Origin: Trichosphaerium sp. ATCC 40318
Taxonomy: Eukaryota; Protista; Tubulinea
Length of the DNA stretch: 64,000 bases
Direction: 5' to 3'
Assembly: GCA_038496445.1 (NCBI GenBank)
Contig: JALMLS010000027.1
Location: 124,001 to 188,000, forward strand
Part shown: in pieces, positions 1 through 12,590 of the stretch
How the letters are laid out: the number at the start of each line of letters is the position of its first letter
Numbering within the stretch: position 1 is the stretch's first letter
Made by a program: the position numbers and the translations under genes
Notes under the pieces: model-generated
Database searches by the model: none
The model's input: only the letters and a program-made list of their open reading frames with translations
What the model was told of the DNA's origin: nothing

Positions 1-320
1 TTCTGATCGTTGCTCAGCTAATGCAATGCAAGGAAAGCGATAAAATACAGAGTAAAGTTGAAACAAATATTGACAGAACTTGCAAGAGTAAGAAGCAAGA
101 GATTGTTACTTAGCACAATAGTGAATAATTGCAATTCACTAATTGTTCTTACATTTTTGTGAAAGAGTGTCACCAAAGTACTAGAACCAAAAGGCAAGCG
201 ATGGGTAAGTGTGTAAAAGCTTCAAGTAACTTTAAGATAATTTTTGTTTTTTTGCTTTTATTTGAAAAAGTGTTCAAAAACTTAACGTGTTTGTAAGAAA
301 ACGTTGCAAACAGGTTGACA

Positions 321-3300
321 ATGGCAGAGCAGGATAAATTAGCAGCATTTGTATTCACTATCCATGACAATAAAGCAACACCACTCTGTGAAGCCTTCAA
401 CGTTTCAAGTGTAAATTTTTTTTCCACAAATAGCGTAAAGGAGTCCCTGCGATTCTTTGGTAATGATTCCAGGCGTAAACTAAATTCTTAACGATATATT
501 TAGCAAAAACAGTTGCTGATCGTCTAACAACCAAACCAGATCAACACAAAACAACACTGACACATGAAGGCTATTTTATTAATGTTCTAGTGTCATCAGG
601 GCTTATACTCATTCTGGTAACCAAAAATGGACTAACACGCTTGGATTTTGGGTGCTTAAGTAAAATTGAACAGGCAGTGAAAACATCGTACGGTGTTACG
701 CGTAACACATGAGTCTAATTTTCATGACACTATCCAGCGGATACAAAAGTGATCCTACGCAACCCATGGCACAACTGGAGTCCTCTTTGACAGCTATTCT
801 TACGATGTCGGACGCAGCAGATGATAAAATTACAAAGGTAAACTTCGTTTTTCTTCAATCTGTTTTTTTGCTTGGCACGTGATATTTTGTACTTTTAAAC
901 AACTAAGTGTGCCCTGGACACTATTTTCAAGAAATAATCGTCTAAGTGATGGAATATCTTGTTCTTTGTCATGAAGAAAACTAACTACTTCAAGCTGCAA
1001 CAACAGATTGACTCAAATAAGGAGATATTAATTCAGAACATTGATTCAGTTCTTGAAAGAGGAGAACGTATCGACAACCTTGTATGTCTTGCGCTGTTTT
1101 TTTAGTTTCATCCTTGTTTTACCGCGTATGAGACACGTGTAACATCATTGTAGGTGTGTCAAAGCGCGGACTTGAGTGTTTCAGCGAAGTCTTTTTATAA
1201 GAAATCTTCAAGCTTGAATTCCATTGGATTAGGCTTTTCTGGGTTTAATTGGGGATCTTCTACACCTAATATTAACGCACTTCTACCTGGTGTTGCCAAT
1301 ATAGATGGTAGCGTATTCGCACAGGAAAAATCAGCAAACCAAGATGCTGTAGATGGACTCATTACAGAGGTATACTTCCAATGTAGAATCTGTTGTTAAC
1401 CGATGATGTAGGGAGGTGATGTTGTTCGTGTAAAGGAAGTTAAAGTAGATGCGAATGTATTGGATATGGCTTCTTCAGTAAACGTCACACAAACTTACAT
1501 TAATCAATATGACACAGCCATAGAGACAAAGTATGTTTTGTTGGGTTTTTTTTGTAAGTACTTCATGTTTATATTCGCTAGATTTTCGTTCCCTCTTAAT
1601 GCTCTCGCTGCTGTATGTAAATTTACAGCAACGATCGATGGCCACGATATTGTCGGTGTTGTTCAAACTAAAGAGGAAGCAGAGGAGACTTATGATGATG
1701 CTCTTGCTGAAGGAAGAACAGCAGCTTTGATGCAAGAAGGTAAAAAAAACTTCACTCGAGAATCTTACATTTCTAATTGTTCTTTTAGAGGAGCCTGATG
1801 TTTTTGTCACATCTCTTGGCAATATACCACCTGGTGCTGAGGTTATTATAAAGATCACATATGTATCAGAGTTAGAGGTTGATGGAAAGGACATTAAATT
1901 CGTTCTACCTACAAGTGTAGCGCCAAGATATGCTCCTCCGGCTGATTTACAAACTCAGACATTGCCAAGTATTTCGAATGTTTTCTTTTCTATTGGCCTT
2001 GAGATGTCATGTGATATCACTGGAGTGAAGTGTTCTGATTACACAATCGATAGCACTCTTGAAGGCACAAAGGGATTAGTGGTGATGGATGGGCAAAAAG
2101 AGGAAAACCGAGTTGTTCTTTTGAACAAGAAAACGGACTTCGCTCTACAAGTTAGCCTTGCTGAACCGAATCAGGTATTGTATACGCTCGAACTAAAATT
2201 GATAATTAATATTTTATAGCCTAGAGTATGGTTAGAACATGATAAGGAGCATAAATCTATCGCTGTAATGGCGTCATTCTATCCAGATTTAGAAGTTGAA
2301 GAAATTGTATGTTTTTAAACCTTTATTATTATTATTTGTATAACGCTTTAAAGGTTAACGAAGTCGTTATTGTGATTGACTGTAGTGGATCAATGTCAGG
2401 ATCTCGTATTAATAGCGCAAGACAAGCCCTAAAAGAGTTACTCGACACAATCGTAAGAGATAAATCAAAACCACTTTTTTTCTTACTTCTTACTTATTTT
2501 ATTTTAACAGCCTAGCACGTGCTTCGTAAATGTATGTAGATTTGGGTCATCACATAAGTTATTATTCAGAAATAGTCAGCCTTGTAATGAGAAAACAAAG
2601 AAAGCAATTCGCGAACTACAAGTTGAAGCCGATCTTGGAGGAACAGAGCTACTAAAACCTTTGCATGCTATTCTTTCTTCAAAGGCTAAATACCCAAGAC
2701 AAGTATTCGTGATGACGGATGGAGAAGTATCCAATACTGATCAGATAATAAGATATGTTAGAGCTAAGAAGGGTAAGAGATTTGTTGTTAACGAAGATAT
2801 TTTGTGTCAAAAAAAGTGAAGCAGGCGTTTGTTTACCATTCTGTTTGTAGGGTCTACAAGGATTTTTTCTTTTGGTATTGGTAGTGGATGTTCAAAGGAG
2901 CTTGTATCAGGAATAGCACGTGCTGGTAATGGTAAAGCAGAGTATATATCTGATAATTACGCTTTAAAGCAAGTTGTCGTTCGTCAAGTCAAGTTAGCTG
3001 TAGCACCAGCACTTATAGACGTACGTTTCATTCTTCCCTTTTTTTTTAAACCAACAGTTCACTCCTTAGTAAATATTTGCCTTATGAAAAGCAAACAAAA
3101 CCCAAACCTACATGTTTTTATTTGTTCATCGAATTATTTCGTCTGTATTCGTGTGTTGCTTTTAACAAAGTTATTGTAGATGAATATGGACTGGGGAGCT
3201 ATTAAACCTGATCAACAGTCACCTCATGTTATACCGTCCTTGTTTAGTGGTTCTAGACAAATAGTTTATGCTGTGATGCCAGATACTGTAAAGTTTGATG

Positions 3301-3823
3301 AAACACAAGTTGTTTTATCTGTTATGTGCAATGGTAAGGAGAATCAATTTGCAATTAAAGCGAGTATGAGCGATATAAGAGAAGACAAAATGGTACATAC
3401 GCTTGCAGTTAAGAATATGATCACAGAGTTGCTTGAAGGCACGTTTCTTTTTCTTTTTTTTTTGTTTGTTTGTCAAATTGTTCGTTTGATTTCTTGCTGA
3501 GTTCGAACTTTGTGCTTATGAGGGTTTTAGGGGCTTCTAGATTTCATGAAGAGTCTGGAGCTTTGATGGCGCAGTACAAGACTGCAGATAAGGACTTTAT
3601 TAAGCACCGTGTTGAGAAGTTAGGAGTTATGTACCAATTGGCTTCAAAGCACACCAGCTTTGTTGCTGTAGATACTAGAGAAGGTACTTCAACGCAGACT
3701 GAAATGGTTCAAGGGAAATTAGCAGGCGATAAAAAAATGCCTGTGACGACTTGGGTACAGCTAGGAGATAATGAACCAGTGTCGTGGCTGGGTAGAATCA
3801 AGGGCATTTTCTTTAGAAATTAG
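321..3823 (+). CDS. Ykt6-like longin + R-SNARE fused to VIT and vWA domains (VWA5A-like), multi-exon
   Basis: First introns: 460-503, 688-737, 838-994, 1082-1153, 1370-1411, all phase-consistent. Longin-like part: NVSSVNFFSTNSVKESLRFFAKTVADR. R-SNARE: DKITKLQQQIDSNKEILIQNIDSVLERGERIDNLVCQSADLSVSAKSFYKK. VIT: VTQTYIN..FSFPLNALAAVCKFTATIDG..GNIPPG. vWA MIDAS: VIDCSGSM..LGGTEL..VMTDGEV..FSFGIG. Stop at 3823. Confidence 0.88.
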
Positions 3824-3979
3824 TAAATGAAATTAATAAATAGTTGTTAGCTTAATTAAAACCGTTCAAAGCTTTGTATTATTGTAAATAGTGCAAAGCA
3901 TATACGTTACATATTGGAAGGTCAATACAAAGCAAAACAAAAGCGAACCAATGACATGTAAGCAAGTGAAGTCATGTTT

Positions 3980-5720
3980 TTACCATACACGTGGTGCAGT
4001 TTTCCATTCGTCAACAATACACCCTTCATCCATAATGTAGTACCTACGTATTCGTAAGTATAACAAAAGAGATATAAAGGTTTATTATAACGTACTTGCT
4101 GTAACATGCCGCAGTAAGGCAAGAATGATTTGGTGTAATCCGTAAAAGAGTACCAATAGGATATTTTTCCTTTTTTTTCTTGTTATTTAAACAACTACAT
4201 TATAAAGAAACGTACAACGTCAAGTTTACCATCAACTCCTTCTACAATACCTACTTCTTGACTACACATAATGATAAGCATAGTCAAAACAAATATATGA
4301 ACAAGAGCTTGGTACCTTATGCTTACAATCTTAAGGTTTGGATGATCTTGGATTACTCCCCATTGCTTGTATTCCAAGTGCGAAGGACCAAGGTCTTTGG
4401 ATAAACCCAAAGCACCAGCATCTATAAGAAGTCTTGGATTATCTCCACGATATCTTGACACAACTCTAGCTAGCACAAAACATGCGCAAGCTTCCATTTC
4501 GCAACTTCCAATTTTAGCTTGTGTTACATCCATAAAAGCGTAGTTTCCTGAAAAAAGGTCACGTGATTTCAATTTTTAGTTTGTTTGAGGGCGCACCAGG
4601 GTGCATTTCATTTATTCCTTTGAGTGAAGCATCACTTGAGCATGTTGGTGTAGAGCCAATAGCAATGGCTTCTACTTTAAGACCAGCTGCGATGAGCTTG
4701 TCTTTAAAACTTGCTGTGACCTTAACTTCATCCTCAGCGACTGATTTAATCTCTTCTCTATTACCTCCATGATAAGAGTGACCAGCGTGACAATATACGC
4801 CTACCTTTGAGATTGTAAGTGTCGTACATTGAGTGAGTTTCAGTTGAGTACTAGAGTTGTAGATGGTCCTTCTGCTATCTCCTTTGCGAAGTGCACTGCT
4901 TCGTCACCTATTATCAATTACCACACAGTCAATGTGGAGAGAATCCTACCAGATGTATCAATCCCTGTGCGGTGGTATCCTGGGTCAATATCTAAGTACA
5001 AATGCAAGGTTGTCTTTTCTTCTTCTGCTACTTTTTTAGCAATTTCGAAACCTTCCCTTTTTTTCCATTAATTCAAATTTTTCTCGATTGGTTACTCTTT
5101 AATTGTACCTTGAGTCAACTAGAAAGCAAACCCTACGTATATTCTTTGCGTATTGGAGTAGTCTTTTACATTTGGAAGGCACTGAAGAGTAGTTAATGCG
5201 TATGTAAAAAAAAACTACGTACCAATTGGCACAGCGTATAGAACGTCCTGAAAACCTGCGTCAATGAAGAATTCTGCTTCGCCAAGCGTAGAGACTACAA
5301 TACAAGAGCGTTCCTATTTGACAGTTGTCAGTGAGAAAAGTAGAATCGTAATGTAACGTTATACGCACTAAAAAGTCCTTCGTTGTTGCGTTTTTAATGT
5401 CGTTCCCGTATAATTGGTACAATGCGCCTTCAATTGTTTTGTGGGTCTTAATATGTGGTCTAAGCGTAACCTTGACAGCGTCAGGTACGTATATAACGGT
5501 TTTTTGTGTACATTGTATTTTTTCGCTCTATCCAGCATTTTCTGTCCGTTGGAGGCCAAAACTTTTCTATCCACCTTATTTGTAAGCTACAGTGATGTAC
5601 TAAATCAAGTACTATTAGGCTCGGTGTTGGCAAGTCATCTATTGATCTTTTAGGCGCTCCATTGCTTCCTTTCTTCAAACGTGCTATGGCTTCTTCAATT
5701 TTATCGTATGACAGGCTCAT
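3980..5720 (-). CDS. D-serine dehydratase / D-threonine aldolase family PLP enzyme (alanine-racemase fold)
   Basis: Spliced exons give LPTPSLIV, RLRPHIKTHK (PLP lysine), DIDPGYHRTG, HAGHSY, GSTPTCS, EMHPGNYAFMD, IDAGALGLSKD, PNHSC. Confidence 0.9.
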
Positions 5721-5990
5721 TGGTAGTGTCAAAAAACTGTTTGATAAAAGTGTCACTTTGACTTTTTTGACTAGAATAGACTCTTGACACCGGTCCTCTG
5801 AGGAGATCTCTATATGGCCTTTGTAGGCTACCAAGATTACTACGTATTGTGACTACCTAAGGGTAATAAGGGAGGTTCAGAATAGGCAAAGTAGTGGTAA
5901 AAAACAAAGATCAATTCACTTAATGGTTCCGGGTATTTTAAGATATCCAACAGGCAAAACAGACTTTCTACTTTAAACACGCAACAGTTG

Positions 5991-7823
5991 ATGTCTCAAA
6001 AACGAATAGCTATATTCACAACAGGTTCTAGAGGAGATGTAGAGCCTTGCGTGAGCCTTGCGTTAAAGCTGATGAGCAAAAACTTTGTGGTGCTTCTAGG
6101 TGCTTTTTCTTACGTATATTAACTCTAACAACGTATAAAGGAGCTGATCCTAACCATGAGGACTTTGTAAAGTCACGTGGGGTACCATACGTCAGTACTG
6201 GAGTAGATACGCAAAAAATCCTTGAAGAATTTAAAAGCGGAAAAGATATGAACGAAATGAAGGAAAAACTACAAAATATGTATGTCAAGGTGTCCTATGA
6301 TTCATGGAAAGCAAGCGAGGCATTCAAACCGGATGTAGTAGCTACTCACAAGGTAAGTCCGTATTTCTTGTATAACATGTGTTTATGTCGTTGTGACCCT
6401 TTCACGCAGTCAGTTTTTGCTGGGTTTGGTATTGCTGCAAAACTTGGTAAACCTTACGTACAGGTACTAAAGTCACTGGTATTTTATTGTTGTAGTAACT
6501 AGCTTGTTAGTTTTCTTTCTCTCCGTGGGATGCATCGGGATCTTATCCAACGTTTTTTGATGAGAAGGCAATGGCCGATCCATCATGTTGGTATTTTACC
6601 AAAGAGACAACACCTCAGAAACAGTTTGCAAATTTTGTTGCCCATACAGCAGCAATAGAAGGTGGTTGGTTAGGGCAATATGGTCATGTTAAAGATACTT
6701 TGAAGATGGACAATCTCCCAAAAACGTGTGCTTATTTCCTACTTAGCAAATCTAAAGTATGTCTCCTGCAAATGGATTTTTCTTATTTTTTTCTAAATCG
6801 TACTTCAAGGTGCCAGTATTGAGCGCTTGGAGCCCAAGTATCCTCAACCCACCAGATTTTAAGGCACCTCATTCTAATGTCACTGGGTACTGGTTTATGG
6901 ACACTGTGAGAAAGTCTTCATGGGAACCACCTAAAGTACAAACATTTAGTTGTACTTATTGTTTACTTTTTTTCAAAGACTTTGACTGATTTTCTTGCTT
7001 CCGGTGACAAACCTGTCTATATCGGTTTTGGTAGTATGTTTGCAGATAATCCAGATAAAGTTCGTGAGAGTATAATGGGTGTAATAAAAAACACTAAACA
7101 ACGCTTTGTTCTTCTTGGTGGATGGGCAAAAATATTTGGAGTAAGTCGGAAGTTCAATACACTCAGAGTAACAATTCTCTAGGAGAAGGACTTAAGCGAT
7201 GATGTCTTTGTGATTAATGAAGTACCTCATAGTTGGTTATTACCAAAAATGAAAGCAGCAGTAATTCACGGAGGTGCAGGAACTACTGGAGCTTGTAAGT
7301 GAAAAAAGAAAGAAAAAACCCCGATATCTAACTTTCTCAAGGTCTTCGTGCTGGTATCCCAACGATTATCGTTGCTCATATTTCTGATCAACCATGGTGG
7401 GGAAACCTGTTATATCATCAAGGCGTAGGAACATCACAAATGCATGTCAAGGACATAAGTACTGAAAATCTCACTGCAGCAGTAACAGAAGCCATATCAA
7501 ATAAATCAATGATAGAAAAAGCAAAAGCTATTGGTACTACTTTACTGCACTTTGTTGTTAACAAGTTAGTTGTATCTTTATTAAATGTTGTTACAGGCGA
7601 AAGTATTGCAAAGGAAGATGGACTTGAGCAGGCTGCCAAAATTATTCAACGCGCTATCGATGATAATTGTGTTCCTTGTTTCGAGATGGATAGCCCTCCT
7701 TGGTTAAAACGAGACCCTCCAATGCCATCAACAGAGGAAGATTTCTTATGGATGTATGAGAACAATATGCATCAATATGAACCTGAGATAGTTAAAAAGC
7801 ACTTTCAGGACACTAAAAAATAA
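5991..7823 (+). CDS. Sterol 3-beta-glucosyltransferase-like glycosyltransferase (GT1, UGT80/Atg26 catalytic domain only)
   Basis: IAIFTTGSRGDVEP, WSPSIL, VTGYWF, PVYIGFGSM, VPHSWLLPKMKAAVIHGGAGTT, LRAGIPTI, DQPWWG. Confidence 0.92.
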
Positions 7824-8639
7824 ACTGCATCGAAAAGTAACTCACGTGAAAAGAAACTTGGATATTGAACCCACCAGTAATATAGTTCTTCTAACTACTA
7901 GAAATACTTTACAAATACTCTATAGACAATGTACTAGTAACAAGGATTTGGAAACAGCATCGTTTTGTTTCACGTGATTTTCTCAAAACAGCGACGACTT
8001 GCAACCTACAGTATTCAAAAACTGTTCTTGTAATCTCAAACGTATTCATAGCCACTTTAAAGAATTCGTTCATAGTTTTATTATTAAGGTAGCGCTAATA
8101 ACGTTGTCAAATAGCGTTATCTTCTAAGTACAAACAGCGGGTAAATCTATTGTGCGACTTTTTAAAGTCACTTACTATGGCTCTGAGTTATCCGCTGGCG
8201 CGGAAACCACCTGAGGTAGACAACGCTAATGGTATAAGATACAGAAAACTACTCTGATGTTTCGGGGTTATCGCGCCGCATGAACAAAAATACCGAGGAA
8301 AACCTTTTTTCCCAATACTTGTCATGTCAACTTTACAAAATCTAATTAATATGTTTTTAAGCGTACTTTTGACAAAGTGGACGATATTTTCTCCCACGGA
8401 ACAACAGATTTGAAACAATGTCCGGCGAGTTTAACTGTCAAATTCCATATTGTCTCGGGATTGGTTGGCCATAACACCCATTCAGTAAGATATTTGGGGC
8501 CTATAAAACAAAACTAGCCACTCCACCAAATTCTCCACCGCTTTTGGTTTTTTTTTATGATTTATTTTACGACAAAAGGTCGTTGCATCACGTTGTGGGT
8601 AACAATAGACGGGTATAAACCTCTAGCGAGTGTACATTA

Positions 8640-9561
8640 ATGGCGTGCATCAAAAAACGTGTGTGCAGACGGAGAAGATGCTCTAAATCGGATAGTAGGC
8701 AATCAGAGCTCGAGTACGTCAAATATAGATCAACAAAACAAATATTTGTTACATTCTCTCTATTATCCTTTTTATCGCTTCTCCTACACCGCTTACGCCC
8801 AAATTTACTACTGCCTTGTTTTACAATTCTCTTTATCAAGCGTTTCGCTACAACGTTTAGAATTCACAAATTATCATTCCCAACCGCTTCTAATAGCTCC
8901 TATTAACTTCCGTATAGTTTTACGATGTTTCCAAAAGAATTACAGTGGCTTATCTACAACTCCTGTAAAGAGTTGTACATCAAGTGGCCTCTAATATGTA
9001 AAGCTACAGCATGTAGATCTCGATTTAATTGTTCACTACAAAAACATGGAGCGTGGGTTTGTTGGAACAAGAAGTGTCAGAAATACAAGCTACAGCACTT
9101 TCGTAATGGTAAACCAGAAGGTAAATACATAAGATGGCATCAAAATAGTTGTATAGAGGTGATATGTTGGTACAAAAATGGTCTTCTTCATGGTGAGTAT
9201 AAAGCATGGTATCAAAATGGAAAACCTGCTGAACATTGTTTGTATAAATATGGAAAGGTTGATGGTACTTATAAGAGATGGTTTGATAATGGTCAGTTGA
9301 ACCTTGCTTGTCAGTTCAAGAAAGGGAAATGTAATAATCAAAAGAAAGAAAAATGTAGTAAAGAAAAACAATGTCAAGCTGAAACAAGGGTTTTAAATGA
9401 ACTTACTAAAAGCCTAGAATTCTTCACGTGTGAAGACCTACAGGTACAGTCCCGACGTTTTTTTAAATTCTCGTTTTATAACAACAAACACTTCTTCTTC
9501 TTATGGTAGTCTCATGTTTGCTTAGGAGCTAGTACGAGGGGACTGTGCGAATAGATTGTAA
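8640..9561 (+). CDS. F-box-like + MORN-variant (YwqK-like) repeat protein
   Basis: Introns ~8714-8917 and ~9444-9525. F-box-like segment FPKELQWLIY..WPLICK, then ~24-aa repeats FRNGKPEGKYIRWHQN, YKNGLLHGEYKAWYQNGK, YKYGKVDGTYKRWFDNGQ. TATAAAA at 8502. Confidence 0.75.
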
Positions 9562-9760
9562 ATTAAAAAAAAAAGCCACATGTAACAATAAAGTAATAAG
9601 CATACAAGAAAGTTTCTAAATCAAAGCGTTCATGAAGGCAACACTTAGTATTCAAAGGACGAAACCATTGGTTTTATTGTCATGTGTGTTCGTATTATTG
9701 TTTAAAACCGGGTAGTGTACACTTATTCGACATTCAAAAGTGAAGAAGGGTGTTGTTAAC

Positions 9761-10525
9761 TCAATTAATAGCTCCAAATACATTGATATGTTTTACATGT
9801 TCAAGCTTGACCAATTGAGCCAAACTGGTCGCTGTAATAGCATCACAATTGTCTAATAGTAAGCGTCTGACATTTGTTAATGATTTGATTCCATTATCTG
9901 TCAATGATAGTCCATCATAGATATGAACCGTATGCACATTTGCAAGGTGTTTTAGCCAGCTATCTTGAGGATCATCAACCATAATTGTATGTACACATGC
10001 GAGTGCCTTCAGCCAATCACCTGTAACACCTGGGCAACCACAAATATTAACTGTGTGGACATTCTTGAGAGCTTTTATACCATTAATGGTAATACGCTTA
10101 CAACCTCTAAGTGTAATTTTGTGCACGTGTTTAAGAGCATTTAATGAAACATCTGTAATGTTTGTTTTGGTCAAGTTAATGTTGTAAATCCTGTTTTTCC
10201 CTCTTTTTACCAATTCAAGGATTCTGCTATCTTTTATTAATGTATGAGAAAGATCTATAGTATGAACACCAGATAGGCAAGCTATATTTCTCTTTGACAG
10301 CTTTAGATGCGTATGCCAATTGAAACAAACGATTTTAGTGTTTTTTAATAACGGATTACGTCTTAGCACCAAGCAATCTGACGATTTCAGTAATTGTATT
10401 GTTCCAAGACCGACATTGCGCCGTATGATGTTTAGAAATAAGTGACATACTGTAGAAGTTGTAATACGCTGTTTTCTGTTTAAATAACGTAATATATGCG
10501 TTAGTATCTCTGGTAACGTTCTCAA
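9761..10525 (-). CDS. F-box + leucine-rich repeat protein; intronless body, start codon apparently displaced to 12613
   Basis: F-box LPEILTHILRYL..STVCHLF. LRRs VHTIDLSHTLIKD, VHKITLRGCKRIT, VHTVNICGCPGVT, VRRLLLDNCDAIT. No in-frame ATG next to the ORF. Confidence 0.8.
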   Translation of the reverse strand: MRTLPEILTHILRYLNRKQRITTSTVCHLFLNIIRRNVGLGTIQLLKSSDCLVLRRNPLLKNTKIVCFNWHTHLKLSKRNIACLSGVHTIDLSHTLIKDSRILELVKRGKNRIYNINLTKTNITDVSLNALKHVHKITLRGCKRITINGIKALKNVHTVNICGCPGVTGDWLKALACVHTIMVDDPQDSWLKHLANVHTVHIYDGLSLTDNGIKSLTNVRRLLLDNCDAITATSLAQLVKLEHVKHINVFGAIN

Positions 10526-10527
10526 AC

Positions 10528-12590
10528 TGTTGAGTATTGTGGTTTGAATATTTGTTATACACGCTAGAAAGGAAACATACTGTGGACTTTGTTATTTTTA
10601 GAACACCAAATGTATTCAGTCACCAAAAAAGGCACTACATCCAATGTTCACAAGTACTACACATGAAATACAGGCGACGTTTGCAGAGCATTTGAACATG
10701 GCGCTGTTGCTAATTTTTTGCGAAAGGGATACAAAAGTCAAGAAGAATTTCCATGTAATGTAAAGACTAACAAGCTAGTAATGGAAATTTTTCATAACAA
10801 AAGTGTTATACCCGTGATCAACAAAATTGCGCACGCTCATTTACTCCTTCCTTCGAAATTTACTTTCTTTTTTTAGCACATTGATGAACCGTGACAAAGC
10901 TGATTGTGGTTGGTAATTACCACTAAACTTGGTGCAAAAAATCAATTGTTGACTTGATATCTGATTGCAGGCTACACATTCTCCAAATACCATGAGGGCA
11001 TAATTGACGAAAAGTACAAGAACAATGCGTGACTTAAAAAAAAACACAAAGAGCCAAATACCCTACATTGCTCCGATCTTTGGAAATGTCCTCAAACAAA
11101 GGATTATTATTGTGCGCATTGGCTACAGATGATCCAAGACGAGCTCTCAATTGGGTTAGTTGAAGGTAACCATAAAGGTGCATCATAGCGTTCATTAGTT
11201 AAGTTATTTAATCTATGTTTATTACAGCCACAACAATTGGTAGTTGGTCGCAAGTTTACACAAGCTGATAGCTTGAATCGTGGTTGGGTGATGATAGCAT
11301 ACCTGTCGCAGGTGTCACAGATGGTAAGTAGCTTTATCAAGTATACATGCGTACGTACTAAATTAACACAAAAAATAAGATTCAAAACAATTAATTTTTA
11401 CTTGTTCTAATATATATCCTACGCGGACGAAGATCTCGAAATTGAGTGTTTTTTTTGACTTTTTGACAGTATTTACTTACTTTTGTAGAACAAGATCTTC
11501 GCTGTGTGTGTCACATGTCAACAATGCAATGTCACATGTTTAAGTTCTGGAAAAAAATTTTAGTGCCCATTCGACAATTCATTACTGGATTAAATACATC
11601 CAACAAATGTATCTAGCATGGATTAAAGTATGTGGTGGCAAAGCTAAAAAAGTAAAACGTGATGTTGTCACCGAGGAGCTCCAAAATTAGTTGCTCTCCT
11701 CCTTTAAAGCAGTCAAGAAGAGTTAAAACTATTAACGAAAGATTTGGTAAAAAGGACTTTTTTTGATAGTAAAAGCATCAGTTCACTGATATGCATTTAG
11801 TTTTTAAAGATCCCTGACTTTACTACATTGGACAATTATTGATGATATCATTGAGACCTTTTCTTCACTGTAAAGGTATAAGAAGCGAAAAACAATAACT
11901 CAAGCACTTATCTTAGCAATGCTTGAAATGCTTGAAAGTACAATTGAGGACAAGCTCAAACCATGTATGTGTTACTGACACTCCAGTAATTCAATTTAAT
12001 ACTATTTAAGCTTCTGAGAAGACAGCTGTATGCAGTAAACTACGAAGAAAGTGCAAAAGAAAATTAACAATACATAAATTAAGAATTTTATCAAAGTGGT
12101 TTTGTGGCCTACTTTTCCAAAAAAATGACGTCGCTAAAACTTGGAAGGTTAAGTAAGCAAAGTACCAAAGAACTTTATGATCAACAGAGCAAATGCTTCG
12201 TCGTTTATTTTTTGGTTATTGTATCCAGCGTCAACACATCATGTAGATGAACCTGATGAAACTATGCAGTTGAGGATAGTACATATTTTGTTTTTTCTTG
12301 TGCAATATTAACGACAAAATAGACGTAAAAGACGTTTGCAAAAACTTGCTCTTGATTTGATGACTTCAAGTTTCATGAAATGTATCGGCAAAGCAGCAAC
12401 ATACAATGCTTTCAAGCAAGTTTTCATTTACAGGGAGAATATATAGGTTATCACGCAAACTTGTAAATAACTTTCACTTTATCAACGATCGTAGGTAATG
12501 ATATCAGTTTGTATTTGTATTCTTTTTTGGTCCTTGGAATTTTTTTGAGTTAACTCTGGTGGAATCCGTTTTAGAGTCTCTCCTTTACAT
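10528..12590 (+). repeat. Highly degraded, deletion-rich direct copy of ~12591-15600 (probable assembly artefact, or decayed duplication)
   Basis: Colinear anchors with steadily growing offset: 10567/12649 (35 nt identical), ~10940/13165, ~11066/13318, ~11542/14010, 12091/14742 (27 nt identical), ~12533/15541. Confidence 0.8.

Noticed and set aside
460-503. TTCTTAAC near the 3' end of intron 1 as a U12 branch point
   Set aside because: The donor is GTAATG, not RTATCCTT, so this is an ordinary U2 intron.
8640-12590. Endogenous giant-virus insertion or transposon
   Set aside because: No capsid, polymerase, packaging ATPase, integrase or transposase, and no terminal repeats. The ORF-poor part is the degraded duplicate.
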